A stretch of DNA of 64,000 bases from Laetmonice hystrix (lineage: Eukaryota), in NCBI GenBank assembly GCA_965235115.1, contig OZ249436.1, positions 39,930,001-39,994,000 of the forward strand. Direction: 5' to 3'. Under the pieces are notes generated by a model, which saw only the letters and a list, made by a program, of their open reading frames with translations, had not been told where the DNA came from and ran no database searches. The position numbers were made by a program, and so were the translations under genes. How positions within the stretch are numbered: the first letter of the stretch is position 1; each line of letters opens with the position of its first letter. Positions 13,379 to 27,324 of this stretch are shown one piece after another.

Positions 13379-16300
13379 CTGGTGCAATATAATAGTTACC
13401 GCGCATTAACCGCAGTTCAAGAGTTTGCTCTCTACATAATGGAATGCAGCTCCAATGACAATGCCATGAACAGATCGTTAAGAGTAGTTATTGACAGCTG
13501 AAAAAGCAATAATGAAATCCAATCTGTGGTTGAGGAAGGTAGGAGTGCGGCCTAGAGTCGAAAGACTAATTATGAGGTATAAATTAAGTCCTGTCATATG
13601 TATAATGGCAGTATTGCAGAGAAAGTCAAACTGATTAAACAGTGAAATAATAGGTGTCATGTGCAAGGCGGCTCATGAAGCTTTCCTTCGGCAACACCCC
13701 AGCACGTAACAAGAAAGAGGAGAATAACGTGGCATAAAGGGTATATTACTTGTTACCAATCTGCTGGACACATTATTGAGCCCGGCATATACACGGCACG
13801 TAAAGACAGCAACGGACTTGTCTTTAGCTCCTAAAGACAAGTCCGTGCGAGTCTTGTCCGTCACTGTCGTTCTGTGTATGCACCCTTGAGATACCAGTCT
13901 CTTCTTGTACGGAGCTGTCCGTAGTTGTCGTGAGTTTTCAGTGTCAGAAAACTTGAGCGGACTGTCTCGGACATCCTGTCCTTTTCGTTGTAGTCTTTGT
14001 GTGTATGTGCCCCTGTTTTAAGTCCGTGAGAGTCCGCAACGGAGACAACCAATCAGAAGGCATCGCAACATCATGTGACGCAGAAGTTTCACTTGCTGCC
14101 ACCAGGATCGCATGGCTAGACGGTCACGACATAGTCTGGTCCCCAGCTCTATACTGACGTATATTGAGCCTGGTGAAGGCTAATCGAAGCGAGCATTGTG
14201 ATTGGCCCATCGAAAACATGAACGCAAACGAGGTAGTTCCCTACCCTCCGTATTTCTCCAACAAGATACAGATATTTTCGCCAATCGCTTTAAAATACAA
14301 GTGTTAAATGTCCTCGCTTTTCTGGATGGAAACATAGTGTCATCGGTCCCCACCTTCTATACTGTCTCTGAAAATGAGGTATCACATGACCCTCCCCACG
14401 ATTCTGAAAAATCCAAGATGGGCGCCAAAATTTGTGGAATTTTCTTAAAGATATCACCTTCGCTCTATTTTCAGTTGTGAGGGAAAGCATTTTTGTAGTC
14501 ACATTGTCCTTTTGGGCCATCGTACTTTTGTGAGTAGTATGTAAAATTGGTGAATATTATCAGGCTTTTTTAGCTTGTAAATCGCCTATGCTGCCTTTTT
14601 GGCAATTGTTGTCAACACTCTTCTAGACTTCATTTTCAATATTTTAACAACTTTTTCAGATTAAACATTCATAGTGTTTAATATTAGTATTTTCCGGTAT
14701 TTTCCCGGTTGTTTAGTTAAATATATTTGCGCAGTATAAAAATTTTAGGGAATTGGGGCGTTTGGTGTGATCCCTTAAAAATGAGGCGCCAGCTAGGGGA
14801 CGTCGGCCTGGTGTTATGAGAAGTTGCGGGTGGTGCTTGGCCCACACACCGCCCCAGTTCCGGGCCAGTCTCCGGTGCCTCCATAAGTCCACCAATGACT
14901 ATGTCTTGATGGTGCTTGATATTGCTATTGGAAAGCAGGTTTAAGTAATGCCTTTCTCAACGTTAATACTTATCATAATAATTATTGTCATGGTGACTGT
15001 CGAGTCACTGTCGAGTATGGAGGCGGGTAGATTTTATATAGGAAGGGTCACAATTATCTAGATAATAGTGACCGGGGAGGTCATTATTATCTATAGAATA
15101 CCTACCTGGGGGTAGGTATTATATGGGGGGGGGGGGTAGGTATTAGGTATTGGCGCTAATCCACATTCAGGTTGGTTTACGGTTGGTTTACCATTTAGAC
15201 CTAGCCTACCAATAATTTTTGTCACTTCTTCAAAAAAGTGGAGCGTGCGCCCCTGCACCTCCCCCTTGCCCTTGGATCCGCGCCAGCAAAGGATATCCAA
15301 GAAGGGCACTTTGGGGCCCGGGGGGGGGGGGTCGAACCCCCAGATCTATAGGCCTACGTAGTTGCGATACACCAGCCGCAGTGTCGTCTATCTGAAGCTG
15401 TGTCATGCTGAATGACTAGGACTTCGATCAGCTGTCTGTACTGACAACCTCAGGCCCAGTCAGTTTGGCAGAGGCAGCGCATTCAGTACATTCAGAACAC
15501 TTTTCTTGACATTCTGCCTACTTTTGAGGGCATTCAAAGAGCCAAGAATAATGCATCACGTGACCGAGCTTTAGGATTGTAATTGGACGAAATTTGCATA
15601 GGCGAGGACAAAAACATGCCAACATGAACCCCCCTAACTTCAAAGAGTTGCCAGCACTTACTGGACTGGGCCTACCCTGCACACCATCACTCTACAGTCC
15701 AAGCTCTCCCTAACTTCAAACAGTTATTTTTATGCTCCAAAATGCACCACATGTCACCAAAATACACCTTAAATTTCACAATTTTCGGGTAGGGGGATGC
15801 CCAGGACCTCTAGCTAGCTCGTGTACATCTACTATTACTTCGCGTCTGTGGCGTTCGCGGACTAATTTTTTTCTGGGGAGGTCCCCTGGACCCTAAGTCA
15901 CATGAACGGCTCATGCCTTCGGCGCTCGCTGAGTTTTATCTTAGCTATAGGCCTATCTCTGCACGCCCCCGCCCCTTTCTCAAACGCCTGGATCAGCCGC
16001 CTGTCAGGTTTGTAACGCTTAAGGGGCTGCGGGATGCATAAAATTCGTCGTTTCCCCCTGCGTCAACGTTTGCATTGAGTGTACGACTTTGAAACGTCGT
16101 CGGTCTCCACCATCGTTTTATTAGTTCTTGGCATATCCACCACGAGACTAGACAGACCGGAGGTCCAGCTCGGCTGGGCCTCTTTGGGGGCTCCAGACCC
16201 GAGCTTGTTTTCAAATTAGTCACAGGTGATTACCAATTAACGCCAGTAAAGGGGGTGAGGAGGGGAAACCATATGTTTGGCGGGACCAGACAAGGCTCAG

Positions 16301-17144
16301 GTTACGACCTCTATACACAAGCAGAATGACATGAGAGCATCTCATTCTGAATCTGGACTCCACGGCAATAGAAACAGATCTGACCACCTCATGGATCCTG
16401 CAATCCTTGCTGATTTTTGTACTATTAGGAATTATTATTTTGTTATTAGGCCCTAGTGCTGCATCAGTACTGGTGATGTGGCCTTGAAGGATGCAGTACC
16501 ATGAAGTTCTGTTTTGCCCTCCCCCCCACGCCTTGTTAGCTCCTGTGAGACACTCTCAAATCAATGCACAATTGCTGTGTGTTTCGCTCTGTTTACGCCT
16601 TATTTACCAATGCAGTGAGTTAAGCAATTACCTGTTCCTTCATTCTGATCCCGATTAAATGATGTAAACTGGTCACTTCATGGTACAAACTTAGGTTATC
16701 TTGAAAGGAAAACTTGACCTATTTACTTACTTTGCCAAAAAGTGACCTAACACCGGTCTTGACTAAGCTATCTCCTGCTAGATTATGGTGTCATATAGTA
16801 CCTGAACCAGGTTGCTGACGTCAGGATTTAATATAACGTGACACAAAAACCACTGGAATAAAGACTGGATTATCTGAAAAAGGCAAGCTCCATCTCTAAC
16901 TGTGTCAGGGGTCTGATGGGGGATGTGGAAATTTTTATTCTGGTCTGAAAACAGGTCTGGGTACAAAGGGTGCCGCCCCAGCAGGGTACGTGGCGCTGAA
17001 CTGGCCTGTGGTCAGCGGCCTGGTTAGATTGATTAGCCCTGATAAGGTACATATTTCTCTCAGATGTTGCCGGCAGGGAGAGCTGGACCTCCGGCCTGTC
17101 TAGTCTCGTTGGTTTACCGAGGTTACTACGACGTCGGTTTGGTT

Positions 17145-18725
17145 TGACGAAAATCAATTCCGTAGACGGAACTGGTTTTATCCGTACACTAAATGGACTT
17201 GATGGAGGCGAAATTCCATTCTGTATACGGAATGGATTATTGTGGAGATGAAATTTAATTTCGTAGACGAAATAGAATTTCCGTCTACAAAAATCAATTT
17301 CGTCTCAACAATAATTCATTCTCTATAAAAAAAATTAATTTTGTATCCACAATATGCATTCCGTTTATACCAAAATCAAATTCGTCACTGCCACATGTTG
17401 CTTCTTTTATTAAAGATATACCGACGTCATAGGCCAAAAATTAAAAACAATACCAAAGTTATAATTTTTTGTGTATAGCATAGTCATGGTATAAGCTTCA
17501 AAATAAAGCATTGAAAATGATAGGTCACAGTGCTAATTTTCGAGAAAATGACGGGTAAAGATTGATCAATTTAACATAGGATGGGGATATAGACCTTCTG
17601 GGACGTTTTTACTTCCGCTGAACTACTTCTGCTAATAACATTCTTCCAAATTTTACATTTATTCATCTTAGGACAATATTGATCATTTTAAACGAGAGAA
17701 AAAGGTAGGTCACCGTTCTAATTTTTTATGTAGAGTGGAAAAGCTTCAATGCCAAAAAACGGGTTTCATTGAATTCAATGTTAAATAAACCAATCTTAAC
17801 CCATCCTTTTCTCGAAAATAATAATAAAAACCTATCATTTTTTATGGTTAATTTGAAAGCTTATACTATGACTATACTATACACAAAAAAAATCGAACTT
17901 TGGTATTACTTTCATTTTTTTGAATATCACGCCAGTTTAATCCAATAGGAAATATTAGTACCGTTCTCTGCCACCAGATGTAGTGACCGTCCCATGCCGG
18001 TTTATCTTTAAGTATAATTTCGTCAAAACAAATCTATTCCGTATACAGAATGGAATTTCGTCTCCTTCAAGTCCATTTCGTGTACGAAATTCAATTTCGT
18101 CTACATAATAATCAATTCTGTCCATTGACTTGACTTTCGTGCCCATAAAATAAATTTTGTCTACGAAATGTTATTTCGTCTCCACAATAATCCATTCTGT
18201 ATACAGAATGGAATTTCGTCTCCATCATGTCCATTTCGTGTACTAAGTGCCATTTCGTCCCTATAATAATAAAATCCGTGTACAGAATTGCCTTTCGTCT
18301 TCACGAAATCCATTTCGCCTCCTCAATATTCCATTCCGTATACAGGATGGAATTTCGTCTCCTTCAAGTCCATTTCGTGTACGAAATTCAATTTCGTCTA
18401 CATAATAATCAATTCTGTATACGGAGTTGACTTTCGTCAAACCAAATGGATTTTTCGTACATCTTTCGAAAGAAGCCAATGGATTATAGTTTCGTTTACG
18501 AAATTCCATTCTGTCTAGGGAATGGATTATTGTTGAGACAAAATTGAATTTCGTGACACGTAATGGATATTGTGGAGACGAAAATCATTCTCATAGACAG
18601 AATGGATACTGTGGAGACGAAATAGAATTTCGTACGAGATATTAGTGTTGAGAGGAAATTGAATGTCGTCTACGAAAAAGAATTTCGTGTACGAAATTAT
18701 AAAGGTAACACTTGGCACCCCAGAT
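17145..18725. repeat. Element built of degenerate ~21-bp AATTTCGT/ACGAAAT repeats in both orientations, split by the Kolobok-like MITE
   Basis: Recurrent TTCCGTATACAGAATGGAATTTCGTCT and inverse motifs. These generate the spurious ORFs at 17955-18718. Confidence 0.65.
17414..18007. mobile_element. Kolobok-like MITE (TTAA TSD)
   Basis: TTAA|AGATATACCG ... CGGTTTATCT|TTAA, plus a subterminal inverted block (~17445-17505 versus ~17850-17910). Confidence 0.7.
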
Positions 18726-18782
18726 GCAGCGCTACTAACACATCCTGTGGTCGACTACCGCTTACTGATGAAGTTCGTGAAT

Positions 18783-18979
18783 ACCCAACCTAAAGTCCAA
18801 CTCCTTACCACAATCTGACTGCTATACTTTACCCAACCTAAAGTTCAACTCCTTACCACAATCTGACTGCTATACTTTACCCAACCTAAAGTTCAACTCC
18901 TTACCACAATCTGACTGCTATACTTTACCCAACCTAAAGTCCAACTCCTTACTACAGTCTGACTGCTATACTTTACCCA
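18783..18979. repeat. 48-bp tandem repeat, about 4 copies
   Basis: ACCCAACCTAAAGTYCAACTCCTTACCACAATCTGACTGCTATACTTT. Confidence 0.95.
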
Positions 18980-19230
18980 TCCACTTAAACACCGTCACGA
19001 CCACGAAAGCTGTGAGGGAAGGTCCAGCTGCCCTCCTCAGTATGTTGAGGCACGCGGGAACACCTTCCACTCTATGTCTCATGTTCATCTAGACGCCTTC
19101 ACCATCTGCGGACGCTTCCTATTGACCTCAAATCGGACTGTAGGTCTATCACCCACTAAACCGTCCAAACCAACCATAAAATACGGCAGCAACCGACCCG
19201 AAACTCACGCGGCATACCAAACAGGCTTAA

Positions 19231-19516
19231 AGGCCGCCGCAGACGACGAACATATTCGCGAACATTATGTTCACGAACAAAAATCCGCTCAGACAATTAT
19301 TGTTCGCGAACAATTATTGTGCGTCCGTATTCGACATGCAGATGTTTAACAGAAATTCGTGGTTTACCGCAGACGACGAACAGTTGTTCGGAAATATTAA
19401 TCATGTTGAATACCGACGAACAATTGTTTGTTGGGCGTTCTGATCACCGCACACGAGCGGATTTTTGTTCGTCAACAAAATGTTCGTGAACAAATGTTCG
19501 TCGTCTGCGGCGGCCT
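19231..19516. mobile_element. Harbinger/Tourist-like MITE (AGGCCGCCGCAGACGACGAAC), TAA TSD
   Basis: Perfect TIR with TAA on both sides. Further copies at ~31036-31265, 31548-31810 and 31815-32030. Confidence 0.85.
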
Positions 19517-20352
19517 TAACACTTCACCAACCTTGGCAAATCTAGACCCCCGAAGACATGTCGATTCGGAAATCATGTCTATCCATCAATCCGCACGCTG
19601 CATCAACATGACACCATCAACCACCATATCGCTGTGTCACCACCACATGGAACCATTGTCGAAAATCACATTTGAACAGTCCGAACAGGACGTCTCCCCT
19701 TTTTTTAAAGTAATGACATCATACATACTTTTTGAGAGGTGAGTGTTGCAAAAGCAATGATATGGCTATGACAGATTTTCTATGCGAAGGAAAAGATATA
19801 GTAGTAGCGGTATGTATGAAGGAAGGTATGTATGTATGTGGGTAGGGGTGTGGGTGTGTGCGATGTGCCGGCTGTGGTAAAGGAGTTGGTGGGTGTTGGT
19901 GGAGCGTGGAAGTGTTATATAACTCAGTCAGGTGGCCAGGAGTATGGCGGGGTTGCCGGGCACTGAGAACACTGAACGACCCCTGAACGAGCCTTGACTG
20001 CGCGGTTGTGGGATCTGCGGTGGTGGGGGACGGGGGGCCGGCCCGTGTAGGGGTTTGGCGGGGAGTTACCACGGCTGAGAAGGACGCCTGACTCGGGGTT
20101 GGCGGGGGTTGCCAGGGACAACGGCTGAGAACAGGCCACAGGTGGCTGGGAGCGGGCCTGCTGGCGAAGTTTTTTCCCCACACTAGTTCTGGATATCCAT
20201 TAGCATACAGCCAATCAGAAACAAGTTGTTTACGCGACCGTATACGCTGTGTGGCTGTGTGTCGGAAAGATGGTCCACTTCCAGCCTCATAAGTCGGAAA
20301 CTATTAACTGTAGAGAAAAACACTTAGTGTAGCGGTTGTAGGCAAAGACCAT

Positions 20353-20696
20353 GGGGGTGTTTCATAAACCAGTGTCGTTAGTCGCACGACTAACTACAGT
20401 GTCGCACGATGCTGTCGTGTTTCATAATATTACTGTAGTGTCGCACGATAGAAACAACTACCGATGGGTTTATTGTAGTTACTTTCTGTTTCAAAAAGAA
20501 ATCGTACGACTAACTACAGGAATCGTGCGACAGTATTACTGTGGTAACCGGCGACACCCCAGGGGGGTGTCGTAGGATTTTAAAAAGAGGCGCAGGGCCT
20601 CTTTTTGAAACCCAATATGTCGGGCGAAGATCGTCCAGCCAGTGTCGTCAACGTCCGACAATGACGACTAACGACACCAGTTTATGAAACACCCCC
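20353..20696. mobile_element. Harbinger-like MITE
   Basis: TIR GGGGGTGTTTCATAAAC..GTGTCGTTAGTCG / CGACTAACGACAC..GTTTATGAAACACCCCC. Confidence 0.8.
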
Positions 20697-20699
20697 CTG

Positions 20700-21545
<846 letters not shown>

Positions 21546-22844
21546 ATCGCGGGATATACTGTACATATGGAACTCCGTCCGCGGGTTTTCTGTTTACTTT
21601 TCCACTCTGAGCAAGGGTGATACCTAGCGACTCCTCAGGACTATCGATGGTTTCCTTCTAGGTTCTAACAAACATGGCTCATGGAAGCTGCCAATGTTCT
21701 CTACGGTGTGAGGTTTGTAGTCCCTGTGCAGGTCTTAACTGACAATAATTGCTCTCTGTGAAAGGCACTGTAGAAATAAAAGTTCCACTTTAGATTGTCT
21801 CATCACTTCATTAATAATATTGCTGTTACAGGTATTACAAGTATTTTGTTAGATGCAACACACAAAAGAACAAAACAGGCACTGACAATATTTTTGGTTG
21901 TTGTAAGAAGAAATGCAGGCTACATTCCTGCCATGGAGAATCAGTTCAAATTAGTAATTTATCATTCCAGCACTCGTGATCATTATTTGTCAGTTTAGAC
22001 CTGGATGTAAAGTGACAACTGTTGTCAATTTAAACCAGTTGTCAGTTAAAACCAGCACAGTCCTCCCAAACTGGAGACCAGTCGTGCTGTGATTGGTCAT
22101 GGCACTGTGACGTCAAATTAGCAGATGCTATGGCGTGTTTGTTCAAATCTTTTCTAACTTGCTTAAAGATTCACGGCCTGTGTGCCTGACCTGTACAAAG
22201 TGGGACCAGCCTTTTCTTTTAACCACACAGCCACACGCACAAATGATTGGAGACGGGCACAAATTGTTAGGAGACCTATGGTGGCTTCACAACAGAGCAA
22301 GACAATGGCGAGACACCTTCAATACCAATACAAAGTCAAAATGTCTTGCTGGTGTGGTTTTTACACTGTGTGGAAGGGCAGACCAGCAAGACAACGACAA
22401 AACTACAATACAAAAATGAATAGAACTCTCTAGTGGAGGGGAAAAAGTCAAAAAAGTCTGGGGCATGATATGGAAACATAAAGGCAAGGGAGGTGGTTCT
22501 GGAGTACTTAAAGCACCATGAAGACACTAACCACCGTAAATGAAATAGCGAACAAACTGGCTGAAACGTTTCAAACAAACTCCTCCTCCAGGAACTGCCT
22601 AGCTCAATTCCAAGCCATTCGTGCTCGAAAAGAGAAACAAAAACTAAACTTCCACTCTGAAAACAGAGAAGAGTACAACCAACTCTTCTCTATCGAAGAA
22701 CTCAAATTGTCTCTTAAAAATCACACGACACTACAGTTGGACCTGAATAAATACATTACCAATTCTTAAAACATCTACCTGATACCACCCTTCTCATAAA
22801 AAAAATCTTCACATCTTCAACAATATCTGGATAACTGGTAATGT

Positions 22845-23200
22845 TACTGGTAAACACCGGGACACAATGCCCAACTCTTTTCGATAAGTGGCAAGGGTTC
22901 TTTAACGTGCCCTACAGCGTAGGCACAGTGTGACACAGCTAGCCTTTGATAACCCAGTCATCAGCACTCGGGTGAGAGACAAGCGTATTATAAAAATTGT
23001 ATTTATCCGCCATCTTGGACGCCATATTGATTTCTGGACCCTAAAATCATACAAATTGATGAACACAAAATTATTCTATCATTATTAGGAGCTGAGATAT
23101 GATAAATAATTCAGCGGCACTCTTGGACGCCATCTTGAATATCTTATTTTCCCCAAGGGTGACAAAGTGGCACCCGACAGATTTGGATTCAGCACCCTCA
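22845..23200. mobile_element. Foreign repeat fragments replacing the N-terminal RT motifs of the LINE (SINE-like piece plus a CCGCCATCTTG-type DNA element piece)
   Basis: LINE homology stops at ...NNIWITGN (~22843) and resumes at LKDLHDMG (~23205). The intervening DNA is non-coding and carries CTCTTTTCGATAAGTGGCAAGGGTTCTTTAACGTG and repeated GCCATCTTG motifs. Confidence 0.5.
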
Positions 23201-25017
23201 AATGCTAAAAGATTTACATGACATGGGTTTTAGGGAGCGTTTGTCCATTTTTATTTCTCGGTTTCTATCAAACAGACACTTTTGAAGTCAGAGTAGGCAC
23301 TACCCTCTCTGACTTGCATAACCAGAAAATTAGGCGTGCCTCAGGGAAGCATTATTTGTCTGTTACCCTTTTTAGTATAAAGATCAACAGCATTGTTAAC
23401 TCGGTTAAAACCGGCATGCCATGCAGTCTGTTCGTTAATGATTTCGACGTTTGCTGCAGAGGCAAAGACATGAATGCTATAGAGAGACAGCTCCAACTCT
23501 GTCTCAACGAATTGTCGGTGGAAAACGGTTTTAAACTTTAAACAGTCTGCATGCATTTCTGCAAACTGCATGCTTTCCACCTTGACTCCAAGTTGACAAT
23601 GAATGGAGATCCTATCAAAGTTGTTAAAAAGTTTCCAGGTCTCACTTTTGAAAGCAAACTGTCTGTCACTCCTCACATTAAATCGCTTAAATCCAGATTC
23701 CTTAAGGCTCTGGATGTTCTCTAGGTTTTATCTGGCACAGACTGGGGTGCAAACAGTACTGTCCTTTCAAAATTATTGTATTTTTATATTTATTTAATAT
23801 TTAATCCGATCGAAGCTCGATTACGGCAGCACAGTTTACGGTTCTGCTTGTAAGTTTTACATACGGCTTTTGGACACGGTTCCCCACTAGGGCTTGCTAC
23901 TTTCCCTGGGGGCTTTTAGAACTTCTCCCGTTCAGAGCCTCTACGTGAAGGCCAGAGAGCCCTCGCTTGACAACAAGCGCCTGAAGCTGGCTCTGCAGTA
24001 CGCAGTCAAGCTCAGACGGACAGATCAAATCCAACCTACAACTGTTTTTTTCACCCTCAATTTCAACATTTTGTATGAACGAAAAGAAACTTACATGCAC
24101 CCTTTTGGGCTAAGGGTGAAACCTCAATCTGGGAGAGCTGGACTTTGATCTGAACGTCCTGGGGCAGACACTTTTTTGCAACATTCCTCCCTGGGACCTG
24201 AGAAAGCTTCATGTCATTCGTCAGTTGGCTCAACTGAAAAAGTCGGAGACCCATCCCCTGACATATTTTGAACATTTTCTTGACGTCCAGGAAAGGTATC
24301 CCTCGCATTATGCCTTTTGTACGGATGGCTAAAAGGTTGGCAATGACGTGTCTGCAGCAGCAGTTCATGGCAAGCACAATTTCGGCACTCGTATCTCAGG
24401 GCAACGTTCCATCTTCTCAGCAGAGGCTCGGGCCCTGCTTCTAGCCCTTCAAAATATTGCATTTTCTAACAAAAAGGACTTCCTCATTTTTTTAGGATTC
24501 CTTATACTGTCTACAAGAACTTGCTAACTTGAACACAGATCACCCCGTGATCGTTCAAATCTTGTCCAAGTTGGCAGTACTTGTCAATGCAAACTTTGAT
24601 ATTCACTTTTGCTGGGCGCCTGGTCATATTGGCATCTCTGGCAATGAGCAAGCCGAGAGAACTGCCAAGAGGACTCTCGATACAGACGTCGAACCGTGTG
24701 CAATGCCAGCCTCTGATCTCAGACCTACCATCTAGGCTTACGTTAAGAACAAATGGCAGACCGAATTGGATGAACAACCAAACAATAGATTGTATCAGAT
24801 CAGTTCCGTCATGAACCAAAGGTACCATCACGGCCTGACATGAAATTGTTTTTACTCGATGCAGGATTGGTCATTCTATATTAACCCATGTGTTTTTATT
24901 GGAGCCACCTCCAGAATGTTATGGCTGTCAGTGTCTTTTAACACTGAAGCATCTTTTACTTGAGTGTGGTGATTTTACTCTGATCAGACAACGGTTTTAT
25001 AATGAGACAAGTCTTAA

Positions 25018-25357
25018 AGGTGCTATTCGTCTCGCACAGAATGCCATTTCTCCTATCATACATTGTGCACATAGTACTAGAAAAAATTCCTACCGATACC
25101 ATTGGCCTGATAAACCTTCTATTAGTTTGTGTGCAGCATTTGAAACCTATCTCGGTGCGCGCCGAGATAGAGCCATTTCCTATGGTGGGGCGTGTCAGGG
25201 TCTCCACAGGCCTTTTGAGAGAGCCCCATTTGTGCCGTTATCCATGAAAAATTTTGATTTCCTTTGTTGTGAATCTATTTCCATGATAGGTGGGATCACA
25301 TAAGCGTCAACAAACTTAAAAATAAAAAAAATGAATTTTGGTTCACGAATAGCACCT
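25018..25357. mobile_element. Kolobok-like MITE inserted in the LINE 3' end
   Basis: TIR AGGTGCTATTCGT/ACGAATAGCACCT flanked by TTAA on both sides (25014-17, 25358-61). Removing it restores the LINE frame TSLKDLFSNVRPGVILEFLLEAGLLTLL*. Confidence 0.85.
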
Positions 25358-25473
25358 TTAAGGATCTTTTTAGCAATGTCAGACCGGGAGTGATTTTAGA
25401 GTTTTTGTTAGAGGCTGGACTTTTGACTCTTTTATAGTTTAAGCTTATTGGCAGCCCTATTGGGCTCTAGGGT

Positions 25474-25692
25474 ATCTAGGAAAGCGTGGATTCCGTGTCA
25501 TCTCGAAAGATGTGTGTAGGGGGAGTGTCCATTGTCCCGCTCGACCACGAAAGCTTCATTTATAGAGAAGTGGCGGTAGCCGAGTGGGCATGGGCGTTGA
25601 TACATTATGCTATGCGAATGAGTGCAGTAATCTTTTGGGGCCGGGGTTCAATTCCAGTAGAGGACTGTACACATTTTCTCTTTCCGGACATT
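25474..25692 (+). mobile_element. Dispersed copy of the same tRNA-like element found in the 55.5-56.7 kb array
   Basis: CTAGGAAA..GGATTCCG...GATGTGTGTAGGGGGAG...GCTCGACCAC, followed by GTGGCGGTAGCCGAGTGGGCATGGGCG...GGTTCAATTCCAGTAGAGGACT, aligns with 55786-56002. Confidence 0.8.
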
Positions 25693-27324
25693 CACATGCC
25701 TGATGCCATCCAATTTTGATAGTATATTTTAGGCCCAGGCCTAATAATATTATGTGTTTGCCCAATGGTTAGCCCCCCCCCCCCAAACAATTCCTGGATC
25801 CGCCTGTGATAATTTATTGATAAAAGAAAGTAGAAATAACATCGTCCATTTTTTGAGAATTGGCACTCTGAATGGAAATAGGCCTAGGGCCAAAGGGAGT
25901 AGGCCTAGGCCTAGTATATTTGTGAGCATCATGAGGGGGGGGGGGGGGCGCTAGCCTGCTCTAGCCCCTGCCGCGCTATACCCGGCCGCTGCCGCGCTGA
26001 CCCAGCCGTTGCGCGCGTATTTAAAAGTGGCCAGCGGCGCTGGAGTAGGTGCATTTCCGGTTATTTATAAAACAGTGGCTTGAGACCTTAATTTCCCCAA
26101 ATACCCGTATGTAGGTTTATTATAATATCGGTCAGAAATCCGCATCATGGGATTTTTACATTTCCGCGCTGGAGCAGGTACGTCAGCGCGGCTGGTTTGG
26201 GAGTTTTTTTTCCCGCGCTGACGCTGCCTCATGCGCGCTCCGCGCGCAATTGTACTTTTCGGCCACCGTAGTCACCAGTGTGGACGTTACCAACGAACAA
26301 TCGGGCGACCAATCATAGCGTCGATTCGAGGGCACGTTTGTAGTGTTTACGGCGGTCGGGGGTCGGTAATTCTGCGGGGTTGCGACTGATTAGTTTGTAG
26401 TGAGGACGCTCTAATGTAAGCCTGGTCTACACTATGGACTGATTAGTCGGCAGCCTGTCACGATCTGACATCGGCGTGAATCGGCTTAAAAATCGTGAAG
26501 GTGCGAAAGGGGCTTTAGGCTTTAATAAGAACCAAATTTTAGAAAATAGCAAACACTTGAATGATTGTAGGAATTCGCAACTTTGTTCATTCATTCATGA
26601 TTTGTAGTTTCTTGAAGTTATAATTATCTTTATTCATCAAAAAGTGCTTGGATTCTTGCTCAAATTGCCTGGATTTTTTCTCTTTGGCCTTTTAAGACTA
26701 AACCAGTCTTAGTGGCGGCTTTTTTCGAGGTAGTAATCTGTCGGGCACTGCCAGAGTAGAAGAGATAGATGACTCCAGGGTTTTGCTCATGCATACTGTG
26801 AACTTACATGATTACTTAACCCATAAATTAGTACACATGGCATGCATGGTTAAATCATGACTTTAGATACTATGCCTACTATCTTCTCTTGTGCATGACC
26901 TTTTCGTCTATGCTGAGTCCAGCCCATTAGCACCGCCTGAAACAGAACCAGTGTCTGCACGAGCAGGGCGCCACCAGTCGCTTTATCCCCCACCACCCGC
27001 CACCCAACCCCTACCCCTACCCTACCCGCCACCTCTGCCAATGCTATCTCACCCAGTGGCCCTGCATCCAGACTTAACCAACCAACAACGAACTGGCAGA
27101 TCGCAGCGACAGCCAGCACGCAGCGGCAGTGACAATCTTGACGTCGGCGTTTTATTAGCTCAAGATGCATTGGCGTGCCCAGACTTGCTGCGTGTGGACT
27201 ACTGGTCGCGTGCCTTTCTCCGTACTGCTCAACACACCATCGTCCGCCTGGGAGAAGTCTCCCTGACATGGGATTAACAGATAACAATGCAAAAGGATGG
27301 AGATGTTGAGGACAAACATGCCTA

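Larger units (their letters stand above)
22440..25437 (+). mobile_element. Degenerate non-LTR retrotransposon ORF2 with RNase H (I/Nimb-like clade), interrupted
   Basis: Fragments in order: KKVWGMI..., EIANKLAETF...FSIEELK, IHYQFLKHLP, GVPQGS..LSVTLFSIKIN, SLFVND (RT YADD position), LGAFRTSPVQSLY, RNase H (TDG...SAEARA...CWAPGHIGISGNEQAE), Cys motif CYGCQCLLTLKHLLLEC, and stop TAG at 25435-25437. Many stops and frameshifts. Confidence 0.9.

Noticed and set aside
19719..20183. 154-aa Pro/Thr-rich ORF
   Set aside because: Reflects a G-rich/GT-rich low-complexity plus strand; no domain recognised.
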